Made by a program: the position numbers and the translations under genes. Positions 29,606 through 42,098 of a stretch of DNA of 64,000 nucleotides are shown piece by piece. The notes beneath the pieces were generated by a model. The model was not told where the DNA came from. It ran no database searches and saw only the letters and a list, made by a program, of their open reading frames with translations. Every line of letters begins with the position of its first letter. Position 1 is the first letter of the stretch. Origin of the DNA: the human T2T-CHM13v2.0 reference genome, Homo sapiens. Where the stretch lies: NCBI RefSeq assembly GCF_009914755.1, contig NC_060928.1; one strand, given 5' to 3'.

Positions 29606-31522
29606 TTGAGAAGTCATGTGTTTGCAATTATTGGAACTGGTGAAGTGAAAAAATCTGTCATGCTGTAGAAAGCAATTTTGTTACTATCTTTTACCAAGAA
29701 TTGAGTGTATACTCAAACAAGCACTATTTTTATTGTTAGTATTTATCTCTATTTTATTATATATAAATAATTTTATTATAACTAATATGCATATATTTTA
29801 AACACAAATATAAATATACAAAATAGTAATGTCAATGCTGTTTAATTTTAAAAAATTTAATAATCTTAAAATGAATATCTAAACAGTTAAATCTCTTAAA
29901 TGATATTTTAAGAAACTTTTTACCATATTTATGTTTTTTCAACTTATTTTTTCACCATTTATTTTAATTTCTAATTTAATATTATGCTATAGTCTTAAAG
30001 ATAATTTGGGATCTTGGAATTACAATTTGAATTAAGATTAAAGAACAACAGAATCAGTTTATTTTAAAATCTTATCAGTGAATATGGTACCTGACCATCT
30101 TTCTCAGGTGATTTAGTAGAGAACTTTAGGCCACAGTTTGTAGCATTATATAACAAATATATGAACAAATTTTGCTTTTAAATGTGGGTCAAAGTTAATA
30201 TATTTTACATTACATTGTTATACATTATATTTTGTTATAATATGAATTTTATATTTGTGCAATCTCATAATTCTTGGTGTAAGTGATCACTTATCTGACT
30301 TAAGACAATTTTAAGGAATTTAAGAAATTCTTAATGAATTTCAATTCATTAAGATCCTTGTCAATAATGAACAGAAGTCCTGAATGAACAAAAATGTTAT
30401 GTTTACATTATATGCCACACCATAAGAAGATCAGAAAGAAGATATACGTAGATGTCTTTCAAAACCAACTTAATAGAACAATTTAAATTAGTAAAGGACA
30501 CATAATGATTAGGAGTATTGGTTTATATGAAATTTATACAGATTTATACAATTCTGTAGATTTGCTTTTGGAAATGTTTGTTTTAAAACACTTCCTATCT
30601 TGGTTTAAAAGTCTTAAGATGATTATAAAGGCTTATCCTATCTATTTGACTGTGGTCTTTCTCCCTCATTTTATCTTGGAAACTGATACAGGACCTGACT
30701 CCATTATTTCCTTTTAAGGTCTTAACGAAATGCCCTGAGCCCTTGTTTGGAGAATCAGGTACAATTTTTAAGACCTGTTATCTAATATGTAATAATGAGT
30801 ACTATTTCATAGAGCAATCAAAATACTAACTCAATTTTCAGAAAATGTACAGTTTGTCTTTAGAAGCAATAACTTTCAAAACCACTTATGCAGTATTCTT
30901 TTTTTTCAGTTATGCAGTTTTCTTATTAAAAGTGTTTAACTAGACCCAAACCCTGTGGGAAAAGTAAGACTAATCCAGAGAATGAGACATTCTACAATAT
31001 GACTGGCCAAACTCTTTAACAAAAGAGTTCATGTCATGAAAGTCAACAGTAAAAAGAACAACTGAAAGAGCAAGGGCTTATCTAGTTGAAAGAGACTAAC
31101 AAGCATAACTCTTAGGTGGAAACAAAAAGCTAAAAATTACATTAATGAAATAATAATCCATCTAATTCCTGTTCATTTGCAAATTTCCCTGAATGTTCTC
31201 CAGAAATACAGACAGAGTTTCTTCAAAACACGACCCTAGGATCATTCATACTAAACACTGGCCAGAAGTTAGTTTCACTACATCCAGTTCCTATCCTGGA
31301 GGCTCTTGATTTTACTTAGGAAATAACAACAACAAAACTTAAAACAACAACAACAACAAAAACGAAAAACCTCTCTAGCCTTGCACCCTGCAGGAGGGCA
31401 GGCTTAGAACCCAAGTCATGAACACAGCCAGCCTCCAGGCCCAAAGCAGCACTCTAGACTCATTGGAGGCCAGATGTCTCACAACTAATAAAACAATTCT
31501 ATAATATTATTGTAGCAATTAA

Positions 31523-32966
31523 TAATATTATTATCACTGGATCTGGAATACCAAAGATGGCTCAATGAATCTCCAGGCTTTCAAACAAGTTCTACTCTTT
31601 TCTGATAACTGAGCAGCAACCGCAGCTTCTCCTGGAAATCAGACTTGATTACCTCTGCCTATACTGTGGCTTCTTTATTTGCCTGGTGGACTCTTGACTA
31701 GAGGAGACGAAAGTGACTGGTAATCACATCTTCACGTCCAGTGGAAATTTTATTGTGATCTCTGGTAGAATGATGTTTCCCTGAGAGCCAGCAGAGTTTA
31801 AATATGCAGACTCAGGCAGGGTACATTTTACAAGTAGGGGAAAGGGAGTGTTGGTAAAAGTGGTCAGTCATCGCAGCATCATATGCAAGTCATTAGATTA
31901 CCATAAGCCCTTGGATAGTCGCTGGGGTAACCATCCAATATCTGGACTAGGTGTTGATTCTAATAAAGGCAAATTGCTGATCACCCGGGATAGAAGCAGT
32001 CTGCTGAATTGAATTGGAACCTAGTGGGTGCCTGGTTTTCTTAAGAAGACTTGCCCTATCAAAGCTTCAGGGTCAGTCTCTGCTGCTTTGATGTTGACTA
32101 ATTAGCATTGGTTCAGGTATAACAAACACAATTGTCCAGATAAATTACAGGTTGCAGCAATATTTCATTAATTTTCATTACATTATGGTATCCTGTTATA
32201 TGGATATACTGTATTTATCCAATCTGTCCTTGCCAAATTTGGTGGCTTCCGTTTAAGGATTACTGACAAGTTATTATGCTTTCAACCCTTTTTTACATAT
32301 CTTTTGTTGTACATAAGCAAATACTTCTTTTTGTAGATACCTAGCAGTGGATATGTTTCAACTTTAGTAGATACTGCTAAATGATTATTCAAAGCATCTA
32401 TCTATTCAAAACTCCTGCAAGCATACTTAAACTCTGCTGGTTCTCAGGGAAACATTCTACCGGAGATTACAATTTTATTGTAATTACCAGTCACTTTCGT
32501 CTCCTCTAGTCAAGGGACCACCAGGCAAAAAAAGAAGCCACAGTATAGGCAGAGGTAGGTAATCAAGTCTGATTTCCAGGAGAAGCTGTGGTTGCTGCTC
32601 AGTTATCAGAAAAGAGTAGAGCTTGTTTGAAAGCCTGGAGATTCATTGAGCCATCTTTGGTATTCCAGATCCAGTGATAATAATATTACAAGTTGCAGCA
32701 ATACTTCATCAATTTTCATTACTTTATGGTATCCTGTTATATGGATATGCTATATTTACCCAATCTGTCCTTGCCAAATTTGGTGGCTTCCGTTAAGGAT
32801 TACTGACAAGTTATTACGCTTTCAACTTTTTTTACATATCTTTTGTTGTTGTGCATAGGTAAATACTTCTTTTTGTAGATACCTAGCAGTGGATATGTTT
32901 CAACTTTAGTAGATACTGCCAAATGATTATTCAAAGCATCTATCTATTCAAAACTCCTACAAGCAT
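31523..32966. repeat. Local duplication: A 31523-31807, B 32144-32424, inverted A 32421-32688, second B 32685-32966
   Basis: Aligned by eye. The B copies are about 94% identical. Confidence 0.95.
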
Positions 32967-32969
32967 TAG

Positions 32970-33255
32970 ATGAAATTTCCAAAGTATGTAATTTTCACAA
33001 AGGCTGAGTTAAATAAAATGATCAAATACACAGGAGTATGGACTACTGATTTTATTTATAGAAATTTCAAAACCAGGCAAAACATATTTATTGCGTAAGT
33101 AGTCACAATAGTATTTACCTGACTGGTTGCTTCTGGGTGTTTGGCAATGCTCTGGGTGGCATGTACACAGATACGATCACTGTGAAAATTCATTTCATTG
33201 TACCACTATGATGCATGCATTTTTCTGCATATATATGAAACTTTAATAAGACATC
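32970..33255 (+). mobile_element. L1ME-like 3' end
   Basis: 'atttatagaaatttcaaaaccaggcaaaac' and 'tgtgaaaattcatt'. Confidence 0.6.
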
Positions 33256-34659
33256 AATTACAAAGCATAATTCTCTGAAATAGGACATCAATGAAAAGCA
33301 TGATTCTCTGAAAAAGACCCTCATACTCTTCTTAGAAACACATTCCAACTAACCACCACATGCCTTAAAATTAACACTTGAGGGGTAGGCAAGTTGTAGT
33401 ATAAGAAATCTTGTGCTTGGTGTTGAAACCTGTTAAACATTCAGTCACTTGTAAAGAATTTTAAAGATCGTTGAGCAAGGAAAATGGCAGTTTAGGGTTC
33501 AGAACCTGTAACCTCTCAAACTCCAAAGGCTCTTGTCTGTGCTAGGGCAGTGCTGTGTGCACCTCCCAAGGAGTTCTTGTTCATGAGCACCTCCTTTCCC
33601 ACAGCTCCCTCTCAGTGGAATAAGAGCACTACATTGAGGGAAGGTTATCCTCTTTTCCGAGAGAAGTGTGATGCCAAGGTCAAGCTCTATACAAGCAACA
33701 TGTGCAAATAACCTGGCCCCAGATACCAAGTTGCAGACACTGACATCATTCTTGGAGGCAGTACTAGACACTGCAGACAGCTTTTCTTCCAAAGGCAGCT
33801 CTCCTGGGCCACCAACGATTCAGTCTAGGTGTCTGATGGCAAATTGCCCATCCCGAGGCAGCACTTTTCACGATGGTTGTGGTGTGTGTTCTGGAGTCCC
33901 AGAGGGCTGGCTTTTGAGTTTCCTGAAGTGCAATGACAGGAGCAAATAGGACCAGAGACCAAATTCTTTCCAACGTAAACATGCCGTATTAAGGGGGAGG
34001 AATAGACTTACGTGGGATTCATTGGTTTTTTTGACAACAGAAAGGTTTAGAAGCATCTTAGCTATACATATAATTCCCAGGTTGATGCTGGTAAAACGAC
34101 ATGATCTCTAAACATCTCTAATAATCTTTCATTACTTCAAAGTACATTTCTTGAACATTTACCCTATGGACAAGACAATGTGATTCTTGTCCTAAAAAAA
34201 CTATCTTTACTCACACTTCACTAAAAAAAAATAATGATAACAGAGGCTATTGGAGAAAAATTCATCAACTTCCAGCCACAAGACTTACACATTTTCCACC
34301 CACCTATATCTACCCTCTCTCTTATAACCTTAGAAGAGGCAGATTGCTTGTGTTTGGGGCCAATTCTGTCTTACATGTTTTCTTGATATTTACTTTTCCC
34401 TTCTTGTTTTCTCTTACCTGCTGTTGCCCCTTTCTGTGAGAATTTAAATGTGGTCAGCTATATACTCTTTACAAATATGTTTTTGATTTCCTAATTGATT
34501 AATGTTTTATTACTTACACTTGAAGGCTGCAAAGTGAACCCACTTGTTCACTTTTTAAAAAAGTCATCATGTTTATATGCATATTGTATAGATATATGTG
34601 TAATTTTAACATCACATATTTATGATAAAAATGAATTAATGGGGAATTTCACAGCAGTT

Positions 34660-35060
34660 GTTAGTGATATACCAGTGTCCAAGTTTGATAGTAGCCTCTA
34701 CAGCCACTGAGCTTACAAAGTTCAGCAAGGGACAGTGCCGTTAAACCAATAAACACACAATAATTGTGATTTGTGGTAAACTCCGGAATGGAAGGATGTA
34801 ACCAAATATGTGAGTTTGGGAAGCTGTCACAGGGATGTGATACTGAGACTTGAAGCCTGATTGCAAATTGGGCAGGAAAGAGCTGAGAGACTGAACAGGG
34901 CCAGGAAATATAATTCCTGGCAGGGAGTTGAGCCAGTGAACAGATCCTGAGACAATGAGGAACCTGATGTTGTCTTGGATTCGGGACTGGAGCTCAGTGA
35001 GCAGAGAGGAGAGCTGCCAACAGGGGAAGAGAACCACACCAGGTGGGGACTTGGGAAGGG
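34660..35060 (-). mobile_element. L2 fragment
   Basis: Diverged L2 3' motifs ('tgagacttgaag', 'attcctggcaggga'). Confidence 0.5.
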
Positions 35061-36644
35061 ACATTTCGCTCCTCGTTTTACTTGACTTCTTCATCACATT
35101 ATTTTATCATCAACCTTTCATTCCATGACTGCACTTTACTGATTTTCCTTCTAGCTTTACTTTCTCAGTTCCTCCTCATCTGCCCATTTTCCAAATGCTG
35201 GTGTCCTTTATGAGCAAATTGAAAATGCTGTGCAGATACCATCTAGGTGTACAGAAAGATTTTACAAGGACAGTGGGACAACTATAATTTTAATGACTCC
35301 ATTTGCAGATTTTAGATTTCCATGGCACTAGTATCTAAAATTTATATTCCTGAGAACTACTCTCTGAGCTAGTGTAACCTTTTGTAGTTTCTTTCATTTT
35401 TTACAAGGAATGGCATCCCTATTGTACAGTGCTAATCTTACTATATACCACATTACCTGGGTAGAAATATTTCTGAGTCCCCTATGGAGCAACAGTGTGA
35501 AGTATTGCTATAGGAGTTCAGAAATGAGTAACTTTAATAACTGGATATTAAACACTAAGAAACTTAGTGGCTTCCAATTTTCTTTCAGGAGATGAAAAGG
35601 GACTGTAAAAAAGTTGGCAGCTGACAGATCACAAAAATGTCACTTGGTATCGAATCCCTATTTATTTTCATATTAAAGGGATCAAATAATTGTGTGACAT
35701 TAGCATAAAGTAAGTTTCCATTCTGTTCTGCTTATCTTTATGGACAGTGCACCCCAGCAATTACATCTTATAAAATAAAAAATATACAATTCATGCGGCA
35801 CCCTGTCTTATTCTAGTTGTAAGTACCATTTAATCAATACTGCATGTCTGTTGGTGAGCTGCTCTGCAGTGTGCCCAGGTTGAATCAGTTTCTTTGTGGG
35901 ATATCTCACTTTCAATGTCTCTGAGCTTCTTTTCTCGGGTTAACAAATTTTGCAGGAGCAATAGTTTCTAGTTCCTGAATATAAGTTGAAAAACTGGCTG
36001 CCAAAATTTGTTTTGGGAGCCAAAATAGGTACTAATAATCAAGGACACGTGGCAGGGAAGGGGAGGGAGAGTTACTCTATTCATCTCTTGGGCTTGCTGG
36101 GGGATCTGTCAAGCGTGTGTTCCTTCTGTCCTGTTAGGCTGTGGTGTGGCAGATTCAGTTATATCCTTCAGAAGTTTTGAATTTCTGTCTAAAGAGAAAG
36201 AGCAAAACCTCGCATTGCTTCATAATATGGCAAATGCTTTGAGGGTGATTCTAGCCTTCTGTTTATGTTAGACTCCATCCCTGTAATGGTCTTCTCCTAG
36301 GTTCCATAAAATGTGAAGGTTGTTCGTCTTCCTCTTCAGCTTTGGCTTAGCACCCCAACTTCATATGCCATCTTAGAATTCAGTAATTAGCCCATGGGGA
36401 AAATCAGCTGTATGTTTGTGACCCTTCAACTTTCTGATTCATAATGCCAGTCCTGCTAAATATAACTGCAAAAATATATGCTGGTTTTCTTTTCTCCTAG
36501 CAAAATCTCTCTGCTGGGCTAATCCTGATCCTAAGAAATTCCCCTAAGGAATAAAACACTGAACAATTGTCTGTTCACCTCAGAATGATGATATTATTTC
36601 TGGAATCCAAGTTTTGTTGTTTAAAGGAACCAGAAAATACTGAT

Positions 36645-36746
36645 ATTTTATATATATAAAAAAATTATATATAGATATTATATATATAAATTATATATAT
36701 TTTATATATATTATGTTATATATGTATTATATATATATATATATAA
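36645..36746. repeat. TA-rich low-complexity tract
   Basis: Seen directly in the sequence. Confidence 0.9.
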
Positions 36747-38944
36747 AGGGGTATAGGATTTATTGGAAATAATTATTTTATGGCAAAAGTCTACAATTTT
36801 TTTAAATTGTTGTCATTAAGTATTACAATTGGTGATCACCTGAAAAGTAAAGTCTTATTTTAGTTATTAGGATGAACAAAGTTTAGTGTGCAGAAAGGAA
36901 AAGCCGTGATGGGTTAGCAAAAAAGTATATTGGTGTTCAGACAACAATTTTGAAATCTGAGTTTTATATCAGGAAAAAAACATGTCGCCAAGAAGAAGGA
37001 ATTTAGCTTTTATGATTTATGTAAAATATCTTTTCACTGAAAAGTGCTTAAAGTTTCACTTATTGTGTTCATTTGTGTTTACATTTCAGAAGCAGAGTTA
37101 TTCTCTTTTTTCTTTTACCTTAGCTATAAAAGAAGATTAAATGTTCTCAGTAACAAAACCACTTTCAAAGAAAGTAAGTCTGTGAATCAAATCATAAATG
37201 TGCAGCCAAGAATTTCAGAAGTATTCCAAATCAACAACTTATAAAATGGTATAGTTGGTTCATATATGGTAAGAGAGGGAGGAAACATGATATTCCATTT
37301 TTGGAATAAAAAATTATTAATAAATATTGAGGACTGGATCCTGAGAACACAATGATATCTGTAGAGATACCCAAAGTCAAAACTGCTCTTTAGTTTCTGG
37401 GTCAAAGAACAATAAAGGTCAATATCTTTACTTCATTAGGTTTATGTTGTATTTTCTTTTCATTTTGGAATGATTAAGTGGAACAAAAAGCACACAGATT
37501 TATTGAAAATACAGTAAAAGTCAATAAACAATTTGTATCTAATAATAAGCTACTATATTAATCCCTTGATTTTTACCAAAGGAATCTAATTATTGAATTT
37601 ACTAGTCGTTATCTTGCAGTTTTGAGACATTAGTTTTGTGTGACTTGTTAAAATGACTGGTTGAATTATACTAATTTGAATATTAGTGAGCTTTTCTGAT
37701 GATGCTAATATTTATCCCAAGAAAAGTTTCCTATCATTTTGGAATGACAATCAACAGACAGAGATTAGTTGTTAACAAAAACAGAATCATGGAAAGAAAA
37801 ACTACTTGCACTTAACATAGAGAGTAAACTCTCACGCCAGTTTTGCCAAATGTGAATTTCAAATACCATGCTTTATACATACATATGAAAATAAAATAGG
37901 TTATTATATTTTATTTTTCTCCTCTTTTTACATTACCCTTTATAGTCTCTATTTGTGTTTCACTCAAGGTGGAAAAGAAACAGTAGTTGACATCATTTTC
38001 TTTTCCTAGGAACTACACTTACTTGCAAATACATGAACTATCATCACCTCAGATTTTATATGTGCTACGTGTCTGTTGGTGGGCTGCACTGCAATGTACC
38101 CAGGTTCAAATATTTTTTTGTGTGTGTGTGGCAAATCTCATTTTCAATGTCTCTGAGTTTCCTCTCTTGCATTAGCAAATTTTACTAGTGAGAAATTCTC
38201 TAATTCCTGGACATAGTTGTAAAAATGGCTGCCAAAATTTTTTTGAGCCAAGTGAAGGTTTGAGGGTAGAAATCACACTGTACCATGTGCAGAATTTCAC
38301 TTAATTCCCTGCTTCAGCCCAAGTGCCACCACTTGCAATGACACTCACTGTTGCAGAGTTTAGAGGGACTGTGGTTCAAACTCTCTCAAAGATAAAACTT
38401 TGACTCTTCTCCCAAGATTGTCGGATTGGGAGTTATCCAGCTGCATGGGAAAGAAAAGAGGATTTTGGAGGGAGGCAGGTCAGCCTCAGCTTTCTCTGTT
38501 TTGGAGAAGCACTTGATACTTCTGGATTCTGAGGCCTTAGGTGATCTCAGCACCAACCAGCTTGCTTCTGGTCTTCATGCAATGCCAGCACATGTTTTAG
38601 TGCTCTTTGCATGCTGTGTTACTTATGCCTGCTTTCAGCTTCCAATATATTGGTGCTGCTGTCCCCTTTCCTTACTTTGGTTGATGATATGCACATCATG
38701 TAGGGTTGGGCTTTGGAAGAGATTGGTTGTAAACACATGTATGAACCACTGACATTATTTAAAGGAAGTCCCTTATTACATTATCTTTAATGATTATATT
38801 ATCTTCTAAACATAATTTTTATGATACTTTTATATCCCTTGTAGTTTTTTCTCAACTATGCAATATTTTTAGATATCCAGCTCCTGAGGTTGAGAAGAGT
38901 TCACTGTGTAGGGCTGTTAATTTGGGGGACAACTATGGCAGTGG

Positions 38945-39037
38945 TAAAGACTACACTTTTCTAGACTAATGGCAAAAGAGGATGATACTCTAAAGACTAA
39001 AACTTTTCTAGACCAATGGCAAAAGAGGATAATAATC
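38945..39037. repeat. Tandem duplication, 46/47-bp unit x2
   Basis: 'taaagacta..acttttctagac.aatggcaaaagaggat' occurs twice. Confidence 0.95.
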
Positions 39038-40444
39038 TGAATTGAAAAAGAGTCCACCTTTGGAGCATGAGTTTGTTCCCTCCAAAATGTATTTTAGAGG
39101 CAAATGGAAAATCATGTTTGACTATTGAAAGTAAATCAATAGAAATGGGTCATTACCAATACACAGAGAAAATATATTATAAAATAATGTTAATTTAATA
39201 TAAAATTTGGTGAATGTGGTAGATGGCCTTCAGCTGTAAGAAGCTAAGATACCAGATTATCTAGAGGCACTTTCTGGAAATTACAAAATACAGAGAGAGG
39301 AAATATTAATGGAGATACCATGCTGATGTTACCTGGTGAATTTTGGAGTGAACATTGTGAACTTGAGGTGATCAATAATCTGATTTGAACTAGACCATTC
39401 CAATGAGATCAAAGGGAAGGAAGCAGAATTACAAGGCCCATTGGTTATGAACAGGCATGGAGAGTAGAATTTGGAGGAATGATGGGGCTCATAGAGACAA
39501 TCTGCCACCTCTGATTGAGCTGATTTAGGGGCCCAGTTATCTATCTGGGACTTACTTCTATGCCTTCCTGCTACATTTTCTTAGCTTCTTCCAGACTCTA
39601 CTTGTGCACTCTGAATGATATCTTGGTAGGGAAGCTTCTAGTCTCACCTCAATAGAAGTGACATTTTGCACTGTGTTTAGATTCTAGGTCTTCTATTTCA
39701 TTTGCTCATTGGATGGGAGAAAGGTTAGACAATAAGAGAGTCTCAGGCAATCCAAATATAAACTTCTTGATGAGGACTTACTAGACTGCTTCTTGGTGCC
39801 TAAACAAGGATGGTTTCTAACCTGTTGTAAAAAAACATGGACAACTCATGTGCATGCAAATTACCACATTAGCGACCCAGACCCGTGAAACATCTATTTT
39901 ATATCCATGATCTTCATACCTGTTTGGAAATGAAACAATTCAGTGAGACCAGGTATTTATGGTTCAGGGGTCAATGGAAAACAAGTTTAGTGGGAGCAAC
40001 TTCAGTCCACTAAAGCCAAGGAATTTCAACAGCTATTTGCATAAGCCTATCCTGAGACTCTCTGGAAAGAACTGTAGAATTTGAGCCTCAAGATAGGTTC
40101 TCTGTTCAAATATAACACAAGTCAGATGTTTTTCCTACATATTTAGCCTTCTGATATGAGAATATTGTTTAATTCAAGTTCCAATTTCAACTCAAAGATA
40201 TGATGAAATGGTTTTTGAAACCACTCACCTTGACTTCTCCTTGATTGTTGATTTATTATTTTCTTATTCTGCATTCATTCTTCCTTCAGCTAGAACTGTG
40301 CTAAATGATACTTTTTATATTGTTTGATTAGTAGTACATAACACCCTCCAAGGAAGAACATCATAGTCAACATATAAACAGAAAAAAATAGGGCTGCAAA
40401 ATAGACATATAACTAACAAAACATACACAGAAATCGGAATCATA

Positions 40445-40630
40445 TGATTCAGTCTCAGATTTCTGATTTACCACTTACTAGTTATGTAACGTTGTAAAGA
40501 CAGTAATACCTATTAATAATATCTTTCCATAAATGTAAAATGTCAACATTTATAACCATCCCTATGAGTTATTGCAAATATCAAATTAGATAATGCCACT
40601 TTAAATCACCTATTCATCAGTAAACTCAAG
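40445..40630 (+). mobile_element. MIR
   Basis: 'taccacttactagttatgtaac', 'tgtaaaatg', 'aaattagataatg'. Confidence 0.65.
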
Positions 40631-40686
40631 ACAATCAATGAATAAATGCTGACTCCTTTCATTCTTTTGGATCTGTAATCTTGTTC

Positions 40687-41236
40687 TTATTGTCACATAA
40701 TAATTGTACATATTTATAGGGTACAAAGTGATGTTGTGATAAAAGTATACAATGTGTAACGTTGAATTCAGGGTAAGTAGAATATCCAGTACTGCAAATC
40801 ATTATTTCTTTGTGTTGGGAAGATAGGAAATTCTCTCTTCTAGCAATTTTGAGATATGCAATAATTTATTGTTGACAGTCACCCTACTGTGCAATAGGAC
40901 ACTAGAACTTATTCTTTCTTAGTTCTAATTGTAACTTTGCACCTATTAACAAGTTTTCCCCATCTTACCCTCCTCCCTACCATCTCCAGTTTCTGGTAAC
41001 TACTATTCTACTTTCTACTTCCACATGAGATGCATTTTTTTTCTTTTTTCTTTTCTTTAGCTCTCACAAATGAGTGAGAATGTGCAGTATTTGTATTCTG
41101 TGCCTGGCTTATTTTACTCAGTATAATACCCTCCGGGTTCATCCATATTGCTGCACATGACATGCTTTCATTCTTTTTATGGATGAATAGTTTTCCATGG
41201 TATAAATATATACCACATTTTCTTTATTCATTCATT
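40687..41236 (-). mobile_element. L1MA (L1MA4-6-like) 3' end
   Basis: 'aataattgtacatatttatagggtaca' and 'tgagtgagaatgtgcagtatttg'. Confidence 0.88.
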
Positions 41237-42098
41237 ATGGAACCATTTTTATAATTTCTAATTTCTATATATGCATCATTCTTGTTCTTTCATGTCTGTT
41301 ATTTACATTAATTATCTCTACTCCTTTGTATATAGGTATTTCTAAAGTTGAGAGTGTGGGAGCAAGGTGAAGAAATAGTGTTATCTATTTCTGGGTATGA
41401 AACAAGCACTATTAATAAGAACTAATTTATTTAAACTGTTTCACATAACATCTTTGGCTGACTTATTCTTTGTAACATGATTTTATAAAATTTACTGGCA
41501 ATATAAAGGACAAAATCATTTGATTTAATATAAAGTAAAAAACTTGATCCTCCCACCGCAGCCCCCCAAGTAGCAAGGACTACAGTTAAGACTTTATTGC
41601 AAGATGGCTGAATAGGAACAGCTGCAGTCTACAGCTCCCAGCATGAGCGACGCAGAAGATGGGTGATTTCTGCATTTCCATCTGAGCTTTGAAGAGAGCA
41701 GTGGTTCTCCCAGCATGCAGCTGGAGATCTGAGAACGGGCAGACTGCCTCCTCAAGTGGGTCCCTGAACCCTGACCCCCGAGCAGCCTAACTGGGAGGCA
41801 CCTCCCAGTAGGGGCAGACTGACACCTCACACGGCCCGGTACTCCTCTGAGACAAAAGTTCCAGAGGAACAATCAGACAGCAGAATTCACGGTTCATGAA
41901 AATCCACTGCTCTGCAGCCACCGCTGCTGATACCCAGGCAAACAGCATCTGGAGTGGACCTCTAGCAAACTCCAACAGACCTGCAGCTGAGGGTTATGTC
42001 TGTTAGAAGGAAAACTAAGAAACAGAAAGGACATCCACACCAAAAACCCATCTGTACATCACCATCATCAAAGACCAAAAGTAGATAAAACCACAAAG

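Noticed and set aside
29187-29609. Tyr/Ile-repeat ORFs
   Set aside because: Translations of the (TA)n/(CA)n microsatellite.
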